Source: an uncultured Thermotogae bacterium (GTDB lineage: Bacteria > Bipolaricaulota > Bipolaricaulia > RBG-16-55-9 > JAJCYT01). From it: a stretch of 64,000 nt of DNA. The notes beneath the pieces were generated by a model. The model saw only the letters and a program-made list of their open reading frames with translations. It searched no databases and was not told the DNA's origin. The position numbers and the translations under genes are program-made. Location: positions 81 to 64,080 of the forward strand of contig CAZNGF010000003.1 of the NCBI GenBank assembly GCA_964572855.1, read 5' to 3'. Positions 16,270 to 24,802 of the stretch are shown in pieces; within the stretch, counting starts at the first letter, position 1, and the number at the start of each line of letters is the position of its first letter.

Positions 16270-16609
16270 TAACAATAGCGTAGCCCTGTACTAGCAACCC
16301 GTCGATGGGGCCGGCAAACGGAAGCGTGTGGGCAAGTACAGAAAAACTCATCTTTTTGACTCCCATCACTTGCAGCCAGTCTACCCGCACTTTGGGAATG
16401 ACCAGCATGCCGCTGCCCGTGGCAATGCGCGTTTGCTCGCGGCTGTGTGCGACGTCGACGCCGATGATATCGAACGCTTCGAGCGGAAGGATGGTGTAGG
16501 TCGATCCTGTGTCTACCAGGAGTTGGAGCACATGGATTCGTGTCGGCCCCTTGACCGCGGCCTTGGTGAGATAAAGCAAACCGGCCTTTTGGAGCCGATA
16601 GCGGCGCAT
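16262..16609 (-). CDS. Retropepsin-like (clan AA) aspartyl protease, possibly C-terminally truncated
   Basis: LLVDTGSTYT catalytic motif, ATGSG flap, IDGLL. The expected GLLG.DFL tail is replaced by VQGYAIVTV and the stop lies inside the REP. Confidence 0.75.
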   Translation of the reverse strand: MRRYRLQKAGLLYLTKAAVKGPTRIHVLQLLVDTGSTYTILPLEAFDIIGVDVAHSREQTRIATGSGMLVIPKVRVDWLQVMGVKKMSFSVLAHTLPFAGPIDGLLVQGYAIVTV

Positions 16610-16610
16610 G

Positions 16611-16826
16611 CTAGAACATCACCGCAAGTTCCTCGGGATACTCGCCGATGTATTCCAACGCCACGTCGCCACCCCTATAATCGCGCATCGCCCGGTAGAT
16701 CTCCTCCTTCTTCGGCGAGTGCGCCACCACCTCCCCCTCGACCACGTTGAGTTGGTCGTCAAGCTTGGTAAATTCGATGAGTACCCATTCGTGCTTGAAT
16801 CTCTTTTGAATCTCTGCCTTCCTCAT
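16611..16826 (-). CDS. Small DUF5678-like protein (putative antitoxin-like partner)
   Basis: EIQKRFKHEWVLIE...GEVVAHSPKKEEIYRAM...LEYIGE; 1 nt upstream of the protease gene; lower GC. Confidence 0.7.
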   Translation of the reverse strand: MRKAEIQKRFKHEWVLIEFTKLDDQLNVVEGEVVAHSPKKEEIYRAMRDYRGGDVALEYIGEYPEELAVMF

Positions 16827-16897
16827 GTGTGCATCCTTTCACGCCTCATTCTAATTCGACACCACAACGGAGCCAAACCACCAACCTCACAGCTGAC

Positions 16898-17365
16898 TCA
16901 GGATCGCCCCCGCGACAGCAAATACCCCGCCGCGCCGAAGGCGACCGAGACGTTGAGCGACCCCTTGATCCCGCGCATCGGGAGGTGAACGACGTCGTCG
17001 GCGCGCTGGAGCAGGCTTTTCGGGAGCCCGTCCACCTCGTTGCCCAGCAGGAGCGCCAGCGGGAAGCGGGGCTCGTAAACCGTCAGGTCATGGCTGTCGG
17101 CCGTGCGTTCGAGTGCGACGATCCGCACGCCCTCACGCTTGAGCCGGTCCACCACGCGCCACGCCTGCACCTGGTGCGCCCACGGCACGCTTTGCTCGGC
17201 GCCGAGCGCGACCTTGTGGATCTCCTTGCGCGGCGGCCGGCCGGTGTAGCCACAGAGGAAGAGCTGCGTCACGCCCAGCGCGTCGGCCGTGCGGAAGATC
17301 GACCCCACGTTGTAGAGGCTGCGGATGTCCGGGCAGACGACGTAGAAGGCGTCTTTCGCGTGCAC
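16898..17365 (-). CDS. TrmH/SpoU family RNA methyltransferase
   Basis: IRSLYNVGSIFRTADA, LLGNEVDGL, LPMRGIKGSLNVSVAFG. Confidence 0.92.
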   Translation of the reverse strand: MHAKDAFYVVCPDIRSLYNVGSIFRTADALGVTQLFLCGYTGRPPRKEIHKVALGAEQSVPWAHQVQAWRVVDRLKREGVRIVALERTADSHDLTVYEPRFPLALLLGNEVDGLPKSLLQRADDVVHLPMRGIKGSLNVSVAFGAAGYLLSRGRS

Positions 17366-17416
17366 CGGTTCAGTCTAGGTCTCGTCAAGCCCTTTGCAAG
17401 GTGTTCGTTCCTGGTC

Positions 17417-17440
17417 AGACACTATAAGACGGACTATAAT
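17417..17440 (+). promoter_or_regulatory. TA operon promoter/operator: ACTATAA direct repeat overlapping TATAAT
   Basis: ACTATAA at 17421-17427 and 17433-17439; TATAAT at 17435-17440; AAGGAG SD downstream. Confidence 0.55.
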
Positions 17441-17460
17441 GAAAGTTAAAGGAGCAGGCC

Positions 17461-17700
17461 ATGCAGCTCAACATCTACGTGCCTAAAAACAAAGAAAGGC
17501 TTCTGCAACAGATCGAACGACTCGCCCAAAACCAGCACCGTTCCAAGAACGAAATCGTGCTGAAGGCGCTAGAGACGTATCTGACTCAACATCGCGACGA
17601 CGAGTTTGAGTTCGGCGTGTTCGACTTGGGCAGCTCCCGATCAATCGAGCGTGGCGCCTTGTACGAGGAGCGCTTGGATCGCAAGGCGGCGCCCTCGTGA
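17461..17700 (+). CDS. Ribbon-helix-helix antitoxin (VapB-like)
   Basis: MQLNIYVP...LLQQIERLA....RSKNEIVLKALETYL RHH pattern; overlaps the PIN gene (GTGA). Confidence 0.8.
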   Translation: MQLNIYVPKNKERLLQQIERLAQNQHRSKNEIVLKALETYLTQHRDDEFEFGVFDLGSSRSIERGALYEERLDRKAAPS

Positions 17701-18131
17701 CTTACCTGCTCGACACGAACGTGTTGGTCTATGCGGGGGATCGCGTCTCCCCGTTCCACGACGCTTGCCGCGGGTTCCGAGACCGTGCAGTTCGAGGTGA
17801 GATCTTTGCCGTGCTCACCGCGACGGTGCTCAACGAGTTCTACGCGATCGTCACCGACGACCGCCGGGTACGATGCGCACTCTCCCCAGAAGAGGCGTTG
17901 CGGGAAATTCAAGGGTATCGGCAAACGTTTCGGCTGATCCATCCGACCGACGTCGCGCTCGAGCATCTCGGCACGTTGATCGAACGGCACGTCATCCGAA
18001 AGCAAGACGTGTTTGACGCCTTCCTCGTGGCCACCATGCTCGAACACGGCGTGGAGGCGATCTACACCGCCAACCTCAAAGATTTCGAGCGTTTTGAGGA
18101 GATCCATGTCGAAGGCCCACAAGCGTCTTGA
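17697..18131 (+). CDS. vapC: PIN-domain toxin (VapC family)
   Basis: YLLDTNVLVYA, VLNEFY, VFDAFLVATMLEHG...IYTANLKDF. Confidence 0.9.
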   Translation: MTYLLDTNVLVYAGDRVSPFHDACRGFRDRAVRGEIFAVLTATVLNEFYAIVTDDRRVRCALSPEEALREIQGYRQTFRLIHPTDVALEHLGTLIERHVIRKQDVFDAFLVATMLEHGVEAIYTANLKDFERFEEIHVEGPQAS

Positions 18132-18145
18132 CCGCAAGGTCGGTG

Positions 18146-18175
18146 CGTAGGGGCGCCCGGCCGTGCGCCCCTACG
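18146..18175. repeat. Palindromic GTAG-type REP
   Basis: CGTAGGGGCGC-CCGGCCGT-GCGCCCCTACG between convergent vapC and M3 peptidase genes. Confidence 0.75.
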
Positions 18176-18186
18176 GCGCGGTCAAC

Positions 18187-19980
18187 TCACCCCGCCAGCG
18201 CCTTGGCCTGTGCCACGCGCTCGCGCACCAGGTCGCAGCCGGCTTGCCAAAACGCCTTGGTGCCGATGTCGAAGCCCAGGCGGCCCACCAGCTCGGCCGG
18301 GGGCACCGAACCGCCGGCGGCCAGCAGCGAAAAGTAGCGCTCCACGAACCCGTCAGGCTCGCGCTGGTACTGGGCGTAGAGCGAGAGCACCAGCAGCTCG
18401 CCGAAGGCGTAGGCGTAGACGTAGAACGGCATCTGGATCACGTGCGGGATGTAGAGCCACCACCAGGCGTGCTCCTCGCCCAGCGTGAGCGAATCGCCGA
18501 ACATCGCCTGCTGGCTCTCCTGCCAGAGGGCGTTCAGCTCCTCGGCGCGCAGCTCGCCGCGGGCGCGCCGGGCGGCGTGTGCGCGCTGCTCGAAGCGGAA
18601 CATGGCCGCCTGGCGAAACACCGTGGCAAACGTGTCCTCGAGCTTGCCGCACACGAGGCTCAAGCGCGCGCGGTCGTCGTCGAGCTGGCCCATGAGCGCG
18701 TCGAACACGAGCATCTCGCCGAACGTGCTGGCGGTCTCGGCCAGCGGCAGCGGCGGGTGGTAGTCCAGCATGTGGTTGCGGCTGGCGAGCCGGTCGTGCA
18801 CGCCGTGGCCCAGCTCGTGGGCCAGCGTCATGACGTCGCGCGCGGTGCCGGTGTAATTCATGAACACATACGGGTGCAGGTCCGGCGTCACGCCGGCGCA
18901 GTACGCCCCGCCCTGCTTGCCGTCGGCCAGCGCGGCGTCGATCCAGTTTTCCGTGAAAAACGGCTCGGTCAGCTCGCGCAGCCGCGGCGAGAACCTTCCA
19001 TAGGCGTCCAAAACGATGGTTTTGGCCTCGTCGAAGGGGATCTCGGTCTGGACCTCGGACAGCGGCGCGTAGCGGTCGACGTGCGTCAGCTCATCGAGGC
19101 CGAGCAGCCATTGCTTGAGCCCGTAGTAGTCGGCCACGACGTCGACGTTGTCCACGCACACCTCGACCATGGCGTCCACGGCCTCGGGTTCGACCTCGTT
19201 GCTGAGGTGGCGCGCGGCCTCGGGGCGCTCGAAGCCGCGCAGCCGGTCCAGCACGTCTTTCTCGTGCATGAGCGTGTTGTAGATAAACGTGTTCACGTGC
19301 GCGTTGCCCCGCACCCCGTCCGTCACGGCCGCCGCCGCGGCTTGGCGCACCGCGCGATCGGGGTCGTAGAGCTTCGACAGCACCTGGCTCTGGGTCAGCG
19401 TCTCGGTCTTCCCGCCGTACTCGAAGGGAAAGCGCGTGCGCGCCGTGACCTCGGAGAACAGCCGCCCGAAGGCCGGGCCGCGCGCGTTGGCGGTCTCGAC
19501 CAGGATCTTCTCCTCGGGCTCGCTCAGGTGGTGGCGGGCCAGCCGGCGTTCGTGCTCGAGGTAGTGACGGTAGGGCGCCAGCGCCTCGGCGTCCCGCAGA
19601 GCGCGGAAGGTCTCGTCCGGGATGCGCCCGACCTCGAGGTCGAAGAACACCAAGTGCGTCCCCAACGCGCTGGCGGCCTCGCGCGTCTTCTGCAGCAGCG
19701 CGCCGCGCTGTGGATCCTGGGTGTCGGCGGTGAACTGGAGCTGGGCGTAGGCCAGCGGCCGGGCCTGGGCACGCGCCAGGGATTCGTACTCGTCGAGCGC
19801 GGCGCGCAGGTGGCCGGCGGCGAGACCCTCGACCGCGATCGTGCCCTTATATTGTCGCTCGAACTCGGCGGCGCGCGCCTTGAGCGCGTCCAGGTCCGCT
19901 AGCAGTTTCGGATCGTCCAGGCCGGCGTAGAGGTCGGTCAGGTCCCAGGTGGGCAGTTCGCGCTGCAATGCTTGGGCCAT
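18187..19980 (-). CDS. pepF: M3 family oligoendopeptidase F
   Basis: WDLTDLY, GKQGGAYC, HPYVFMNY, TLAHELGHGVH (HExxH), AETASTFGE, PFYVYAYAFG. Confidence 0.93.
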   Translation of the reverse strand: MAQALQRELPTWDLTDLYAGLDDPKLLADLDALKARAAEFERQYKGTIAVEGLAAGHLRAALDEYESLARAQARPLAYAQLQFTADTQDPQRGALLQKTREAASALGTHLVFFDLEVGRIPDETFRALRDAEALAPYRHYLEHERRLARHHLSEPEEKILVETANARGPAFGRLFSEVTARTRFPFEYGGKTETLTQSQVLSKLYDPDRAVRQAAAAAVTDGVRGNAHVNTFIYNTLMHEKDVLDRLRGFERPEAARHLSNEVEPEAVDAMVEVCVDNVDVVADYYGLKQWLLGLDELTHVDRYAPLSEVQTEIPFDEAKTIVLDAYGRFSPRLRELTEPFFTENWIDAALADGKQGGAYCAGVTPDLHPYVFMNYTGTARDVMTLAHELGHGVHDRLASRNHMLDYHPPLPLAETASTFGEMLVFDALMGQLDDDRARLSLVCGKLEDTFATVFRQAAMFRFEQRAHAARRARGELRAEELNALWQESQQAMFGDSLTLGEEHAWWWLYIPHVIQMPFYVYAYAFGELLVLSLYAQYQREPDGFVERYFSLLAAGGSVPPAELVGRLGFDIGTKAFWQAGCDLVRERVAQAKALAG

Positions 19981-20002
19981 GGGGGGGTCTCCTCTCTGGA
20001 TG

Positions 20003-20037
20003 AAAAGGGGTTGCCCGTGCGGGCGTCAGCCCCCTTT
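20003..20037 (-). terminator. Hairpin with A/T tails
   Basis: AAAAGGGGTTG...CAGCCCCTTT. Confidence 0.45.
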
Positions 20038-20508
20038 ATACGCGTCGTAGAAAGCGGGATCAAAGGGGCCTTCGCGCGCTTCGGCCAGCGCGAGCAGCGC
20101 CTCCCAGGCGGCCTGCGGCTCGATGCCCTTGGGATCCGCGCTGCGGGCGCCGTTGCTGGACGGGGTGGGCAATTCGACGACGCGGTAGGTGCCGTCGGGC
20201 TTGACCGACAGATGCCGACCCAAATCGACGAAGCGCAGCTCGTCCTCACCCAACTCGACGGGGCGGATCAGGCGCGCGTAGAACTCGCGTAGATCCCAGT
20301 CATGGTCGAAGAGCGCGGCCACGGTGTAGCCGACGCCGGGCCAGTAGCACTCGACGGAGAAATTCTGGATCGGCACCTCGCCGCTGGGGGTGTGCAGCGT
20401 CCGGCCCCAGGCGCCGCGCAGCACGATGAGCTCGTCGTCGCGCCGCACGGGCTCGGCCTCCCAGTGGTGACGCGCCTGCCCGGCGCGGTCGAAGACGCGG
20501 ACGATCAA
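20026..20508 (-). CDS. DUF402-domain protein
   Basis: VECYWPGVGYTVAALFD...FYARLIRP...LRFVDL...VKPDG...EGPFDP pattern. Confidence 0.65.
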   Translation of the reverse strand: MIVRVFDRAGQARHHWEAEPVRRDDELIVLRGAWGRTLHTPSGEVPIQNFSVECYWPGVGYTVAALFDHDWDLREFYARLIRPVELGEDELRFVDLGRHLSVKPDGTYRVVELPTPSSNGARSADPKGIEPQAAWEALLALAEAREGPFDPAFYDAYKGG

Positions 20509-20518
20509 AGGCGGCCGC

Positions 20519-20770
20519 TCAAAGCAGGCCCTTCTCCTCCATGGCGTCCAGCACGTCGCCGACCAGGTCGTCCACGTTCTCGTAGGGGAAGTTGCCGCCC
20601 CCCAGCTTGGTCGACAGGTCCATGGCCGTGAAACTCTTGCCCTCGGCCTCGAAGGTGGTCATGGGCCCTTGCGGCAGGACGGGCAGCAGGTCCATCGTGC
20701 TCTTGACCGGGTAGTTGGCCTTGCCGAACACCTCTTTCATCTGCTTTTCCAGCTCGTCGCGTGCGGCCAT
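20519..20770 (-). CDS. MTH865-family protein
   Basis: FGKANYPVKSTMDLLPVLPQGPMTTFEA...FTAMDL...FPYENVDDLV matches the MTH865 pattern; GAGGTGA SD. Confidence 0.8.
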   Translation of the reverse strand: MAARDELEKQMKEVFGKANYPVKSTMDLLPVLPQGPMTTFEAEGKSFTAMDLSTKLGGGNFPYENVDDLVGDVLDAMEEKGLL

Positions 20771-20842
20771 CGGGCATCACCTCTGAAGCGTTTTGCCCCA
20801 GTGTAGGCGAAATCCTGCGGCGGGTGCAAACCGGGTGAGGGC

Positions 20843-21157
20843 TCAGGTCCCCGCGCGCTGCAGCGCCACCTTGTAGGGATGGAGCCGCCCCCGCATCAGG
20901 CCGCTTGCGACGAACGGGTCGGACTCCATGAACGCTCGGGCCGCCGCGTCGTCCTCGGCCTCGAAGATGACGATGCCCGGTCCGGCGTCGTCCTGGCAGC
21001 GGCCCGCCAGGATCAGCTGGCCGCATTCGGTCGCGCGCTTGAGGTGGGCGACGTGGTCGCGTCCAATTTGAACTTCCTCTTCGGTCCAGGCAGCGGGATC
21101 GGTGAGTAACTCGGGCCGGCTGGGCTCGATGAAGTAGACGTACTGTTTTCGTTCCAA
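20843..21157 (-). CDS. YciI family protein
   Basis: H..HLKR...GQLILAG...GIVIFEAEDDAAARAFMESDPFV..GL. TTG start with AAGGAG SD inside the longer ORF-track call. Confidence 0.85.
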   Translation of the reverse strand: MERKQYVYFIEPSRPELLTDPAAWTEEEVQIGRDHVAHLKRATECGQLILAGRCQDDAGPGIVIFEAEDDAAARAFMESDPFVASGLMRGRLHPYKVALQRAGT

Positions 21158-21189
21158 GGCGTTGAGCTCCTTTTGGGCGGGCGAGGGGA

Positions 21190-21570
21190 TCAGCCGTCGC
21201 TCAAACTCTGGTAGAACATGAGCGCGTTGCCGTCGGGGTCGAAGAAGGTGGCCAGCTTGACCATGCCCGCGACCGTGCGGGTCTCGCCGTCGAAGCGGAC
21301 GCCGTGCGATTCGACGTGCCTGCGGGCCGCGTCGATGTCCCCGACGCCGAAGGTGGGCGTCGCTCCGCCGCCGTGCTGGATCGCTTCGACCCGGCTGAGA
21401 CCGACGTTGACCCGCTGGACGCCGGTCGAGAGCTCGCACCAGCCGATGTCGTCCATGCGGTATTCGAGCTTGAAACCCAGCACGTCTTCGTACCAGGCGA
21501 TCGAGCGCGCCAGGTCCGTCACCCCAAGCGCGCAGGTGAGACCGCCATCGTAAGGGATGGGTGTGTCCAT
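21190..21570 (-). CDS. VOC/glyoxalase family protein
   Basis: VTDLARSIAWYEDVLGF...FGVGDIDAA...FFDPDGNAL; ATG 21570 with AAGGAGG. Confidence 0.9.
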   Translation of the reverse strand: MDTPIPYDGGLTCALGVTDLARSIAWYEDVLGFKLEYRMDDIGWCELSTGVQRVNVGLSRVEAIQHGGGATPTFGVGDIDAARRHVESHGVRFDGETRTVAGMVKLATFFDPDGNALMFYQSLSDG

Positions 21571-21613
21571 CTTTTCCTCCTTATACAACTGGTTGATTTC
21601 ACAAAGTACGGAA

Positions 21614-21642
21614 AGTATACTAGATATATTTATCGCTGTCAA
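21614..21642 (-). promoter_or_regulatory. Near-consensus sigma70 promoter for the VOC-YciI genes
   Basis: Minus strand TTGACA-N17-TATACT in an AT-rich spacer divergent from the HxlR regulator. Confidence 0.75.
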
Positions 21643-21656
21643 GGGGTTGACGGCCG

Positions 21657-22217
21657 ATGCGCGCGTCATCGTCAAGGGAACTCGTCGCGCTGCTGCACCA
21701 CCGCTGGAGCGTGCCCGTGCTGGCCGAGCTGCACAGCCGCGCCGGGGCGCGCTTCGCCGAGCTGGTCGCGCGGCTGGACCTGAGCCGCGACTCGCTGGCG
21801 CGCACGCTGCAGGCCCTGATCGAGGCGGGTTGGGTGCGGCGCAACCCCGGCCACGGTCACCCGCTGCGGCCCGAGTACCTGCCGACCGCGCGCGGCGCGA
21901 AGATCGCTCCGGCTTGCGGCGCGCTCTGGGACGCGCTGCGAGCCCTGGAGGTTGGGGACGTCGGGCTCAACAAGTGGTCGCTGCCCGCCCTGCTCGCCCT
22001 GTGCGACGGCGAGGATCGCTTTTCCGGGCTCAAGGCCGCTTTGCCGGGCGTCACGCCGCGCGCGCTCAACGAGGCGCTCAAAAACCTGGAAAAAGCCGAC
22101 CTCGTCGAGCGCGTCGTCTCGGACGCCCGCCCGCCGGCCGTGCGCTACCGGCCCACCGCCACGGGCCGGGCGCTGTATCCTGTGTTCCGGGCGCTGGCCG
22201 ACGCGCTCGACCCGTGA
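21657..22217 (+). CDS. Tandem HxlR-type winged-helix transcriptional regulator
   Basis: Two copies: RWSVPVL..L...RFAEL...L.RTL..L...GWV.R...EY.PT.RG and KWSLP.L......RFSGL...LPGVTPRAL...LKNLE..DLVER...VRY.PT..G. Confidence 0.85.
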   Translation: MRASSSRELVALLHHRWSVPVLAELHSRAGARFAELVARLDLSRDSLARTLQALIEAGWVRRNPGHGHPLRPEYLPTARGAKIAPACGALWDALRALEVGDVGLNKWSLPALLALCDGEDRFSGLKAALPGVTPRALNEALKNLEKADLVERVVSDARPPAVRYRPTATGRALYPVFRALADALDP

Positions 22218-22292
22218 GGCCGGACGAGTGGGATGTGGCCTTGTCAACCGCATGGCGGACGGTACCATAAGGGCGCTTGCAGGGGAGGCCCG

Positions 22293-23240
22293 ATGAACCC
22301 GAACGACATCCTGCTGTTTGCCGGCAGTGGCAGCCCGAAGCTCGCCAGACGCATCGCGGATTACCTCGGCGTGTCGCTCTGTAAGAACGAAACCCTGAGG
22401 TTCTCCGACGGCAACCTGTTCGTGCGCGTGCAGGAGAACGTGCGCGGGCGGCGGGTCTATTTGGTGCAGTCCACGGTATTTCCCACCAACGATCACTTCA
22501 TGGAGCTGTTGTTTTGGCTCGACGCCTTCCAGCGTGCCAGCGCCGAGTCGGTCACGGCCGTGATCCCCTACTTCAGCTACGCCAAGGGTGACAAGAAGGA
22601 CGAGCCACGCGTTTCGATCCGCGCCCGCGTGTGCGCCGACGCCATCGAGGCCGCCGGGGCCGACCGCGTGGTGGCCATGGACCTACACGCCCCGCAGATC
22701 CAGGGGTTCTTTCGCATCCCGGTCGACAACCTCTACGCCCTGCCCGTGCTGTGCGACCGGCTCGAGCAAGAGGACTTGCACGATGTCGTTGTGGTCTCGC
22801 CCGACGCGGGCTTTGCCAAGCACGCGCGCCGCTACGCCTCCGAGCTGGGCGCGTCGGTGGCCATCGCCGACAAGGAGCGCAAGGGGCACGACGAGCGGGC
22901 CCAAGTCTGGGATATCATCGGCGAGGTCGCGGGCAAGACCGCGGTCATCGTCGACGACTTCACCATCTCGGCCGGCACGCTGGTCGAGGCGTCTCAACAG
23001 CTCGCCGCGCGCGGCGCGCGGCGGATCTACGCTGCGGTCACGCACGGCGTCCTGACCGAAGGGGCGATGGAGCGCATCGACGCCAGTCCCATCGAAAAGC
23101 TGTTCTGCACCGACACGGTCGAGAATCAGCCCGTCCGGTTCTCGGACAAGGTCGAGGTCGTCTCGGTGGCCCCGCTGTTCGGCGAGGCGGTCAAGAGCAT
23201 CCACTACCGCAAGAGCATCAGCGTGATGTTCCCGGACTGA
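22293..23240 (+). CDS. prs: Ribose-phosphate pyrophosphokinase
   Basis: FSDGN..VRVQENVRG, VIPYFSYA, DLHAPQIQGFF, VVSPDAG, VIVDD...AGT, VTHGV. Confidence 0.95.
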   Translation: MNPNDILLFAGSGSPKLARRIADYLGVSLCKNETLRFSDGNLFVRVQENVRGRRVYLVQSTVFPTNDHFMELLFWLDAFQRASAESVTAVIPYFSYAKGDKKDEPRVSIRARVCADAIEAAGADRVVAMDLHAPQIQGFFRIPVDNLYALPVLCDRLEQEDLHDVVVVSPDAGFAKHARRYASELGASVAIADKERKGHDERAQVWDIIGEVAGKTAVIVDDFTISAGTLVEASQQLAARGARRIYAAVTHGVLTEGAMERIDASPIEKLFCTDTVENQPVRFSDKVEVVSVAPLFGEAVKSIHYRKSISVMFPD

Positions 23241-23242
23241 CT

Positions 23243-23428
23243 TCAGCGGCGCCGCAGGCTCCAAAACAGCAGCACGTCCCCGACGACCAGCGTCCCCGCG
23301 CCGACCCAGACCCACAGCGTCTGGCCCGTCATGAACGACCCGCCCAGCACGCCCACGCCCTGCAGGATCCAGACGATCCCGATCAGGGCCAGCAGGCCGC
23401 CGAGGACGGCGATCCATTTCCGAGCCAT
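23243..23428 (-). CDS. Small two-TM membrane protein
   Basis: MARKWIAVLGGLLALIGIVWILQGVGVLGGSFMTGQTLW; AAGAGG SD. Confidence 0.75.
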   Translation of the reverse strand: MARKWIAVLGGLLALIGIVWILQGVGVLGGSFMTGQTLWVWVGAGTLVVGDVLLFWSLRRR

Positions 23429-23471
23429 GCGCGCCTCTTTATGATCGCGTTTTAACGGTCTGGGATCAGCG

Positions 23472-24800
23472 TCAACCCCCAAACCGCTGGAACAAGCCGT
23501 AGAGCGCCTCGGCCCCGAAGGTGATTGCCTCGGCCGGCACGCGCTCGTCGTCGGCGTGGACGGTCTCCAGGAAATTGAACCCTTCCGGCAGGTTCATGGG
23601 CAAAAAGCCGTAGGGTTGGATCCCGAGTTGGGCGAAGAAGCGCCCGTCGGTGACGCCGGGCATGACCAGCGGGACGGGGATCCCCTCCGGGTCGGCCTCG
23701 CGCAGCAGGTCGCCCATGAGCGCGAACAGTCCCATGTCGGCCTCGGCCAAGCCGGGGTCGTGGCGGACGAGCTCCAGCTCGACCTCGTCGCCGGCGAGCG
23801 CGCGGATCTCGTCTATCAGGTCCTGGGGCCCGTAGCCGGGCAGCAGGCGGCCGTCCAGCGCCACCGACACCTCGCCCGGAATCACGTTGATCTTGTCGCC
23901 CCCGTGCAGGATCGTGGGGCTGACGGTGTGATGTAACATGCTGTCGAAGAAGCGCGCGGTCGGGCCGAGCTGGTCCAGCGCCGCGTCGGTGCGTTCGGGG
24001 TCCAGCAGCGCGCGCAACGTCTCGTCCCATGGCTCCTCGAGCGCCTCGGCCATCGCCTCCAGCATCCGGGTCACGATGGGCGTGTGGTGCACGGGCAGAC
24101 GCCGATTGAGCCCCTGGAGCAGCGTGCCCAGTTTGGCCATGGCCCCGTCACGCACCGGAAACGCTCCGTGGCCGCCTTGTCCTTTGAGCGTCGCCTTCAT
24201 CCAGCACATCTGCTTTTCGGCCACCTGGATGGGATAAAACTTGCGCCCGCCCAAGTAGAGCGGGAAGCCGCCGAACTCCCCGACGGCGTACTTGACGCCC
24301 TGGAACAGCTCGGGGTGAGATTCGGCCAAGAAGCGGGCGCCGTCGTTTCCGCCGGCCTCCTCGTCGCTCAGGATCAGCAGCACGAGGTCGCCCGGCGGCT
24401 TGAGTCCCTCGGCTTTGGCGCGCAGGAACGCCGACAACAGCATGGCCACGCCGCCCTTCATGTCGAGCGCGCCCCGGCCCCAAACCCAGCCGTCGATGAG
24501 CTTTCCCGCAAACGGCGGGTGCGTCCAGCTTTGCCCCTGAGTTGTGACCACGTCCACGTGGCCGTGCAGCAGCAGCGGCGGCGCCTCGCCCCGGCCGGGC
24601 AGGCGCGCCACCAGGTTGGGCCGGCCCGGCGCTTGGGTGAGCGTCCGGGTTTCGATGCCGGCCGCTTGCAGCAGTTGGTCGATGAAGGCCACGCAGTCGG
24701 CCTCGTCCCCCGGCGGGTTGGTCGTGTCGAAGCGGATGAGACGTTGCAGCAGCTCGGCCGGGCGCTGCCATAGAGTCTGATCTGTCGCATTGAGTGCCAT
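23472..24800 (-). CDS. M20/M25/M40 family metallo-hydrolase
   Basis: FDTTNPPGDE, HGHVDVV, WGRGALDMKG, SDEEAGG, GVTDGRFF, VHADDER. Confidence 0.92.
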   Translation of the reverse strand: MALNATDQTLWQRPAELLQRLIRFDTTNPPGDEADCVAFIDQLLQAAGIETRTLTQAPGRPNLVARLPGRGEAPPLLLHGHVDVVTTQGQSWTHPPFAGKLIDGWVWGRGALDMKGGVAMLLSAFLRAKAEGLKPPGDLVLLILSDEEAGGNDGARFLAESHPELFQGVKYAVGEFGGFPLYLGGRKFYPIQVAEKQMCWMKATLKGQGGHGAFPVRDGAMAKLGTLLQGLNRRLPVHHTPIVTRMLEAMAEALEEPWDETLRALLDPERTDAALDQLGPTARFFDSMLHHTVSPTILHGGDKINVIPGEVSVALDGRLLPGYGPQDLIDEIRALAGDEVELELVRHDPGLAEADMGLFALMGDLLREADPEGIPVPLVMPGVTDGRFFAQLGIQPYGFLPMNLPEGFNFLETVHADDERVPAEAITFGAEALYGLFQRFGG

Positions 24801-24802
24801 TG

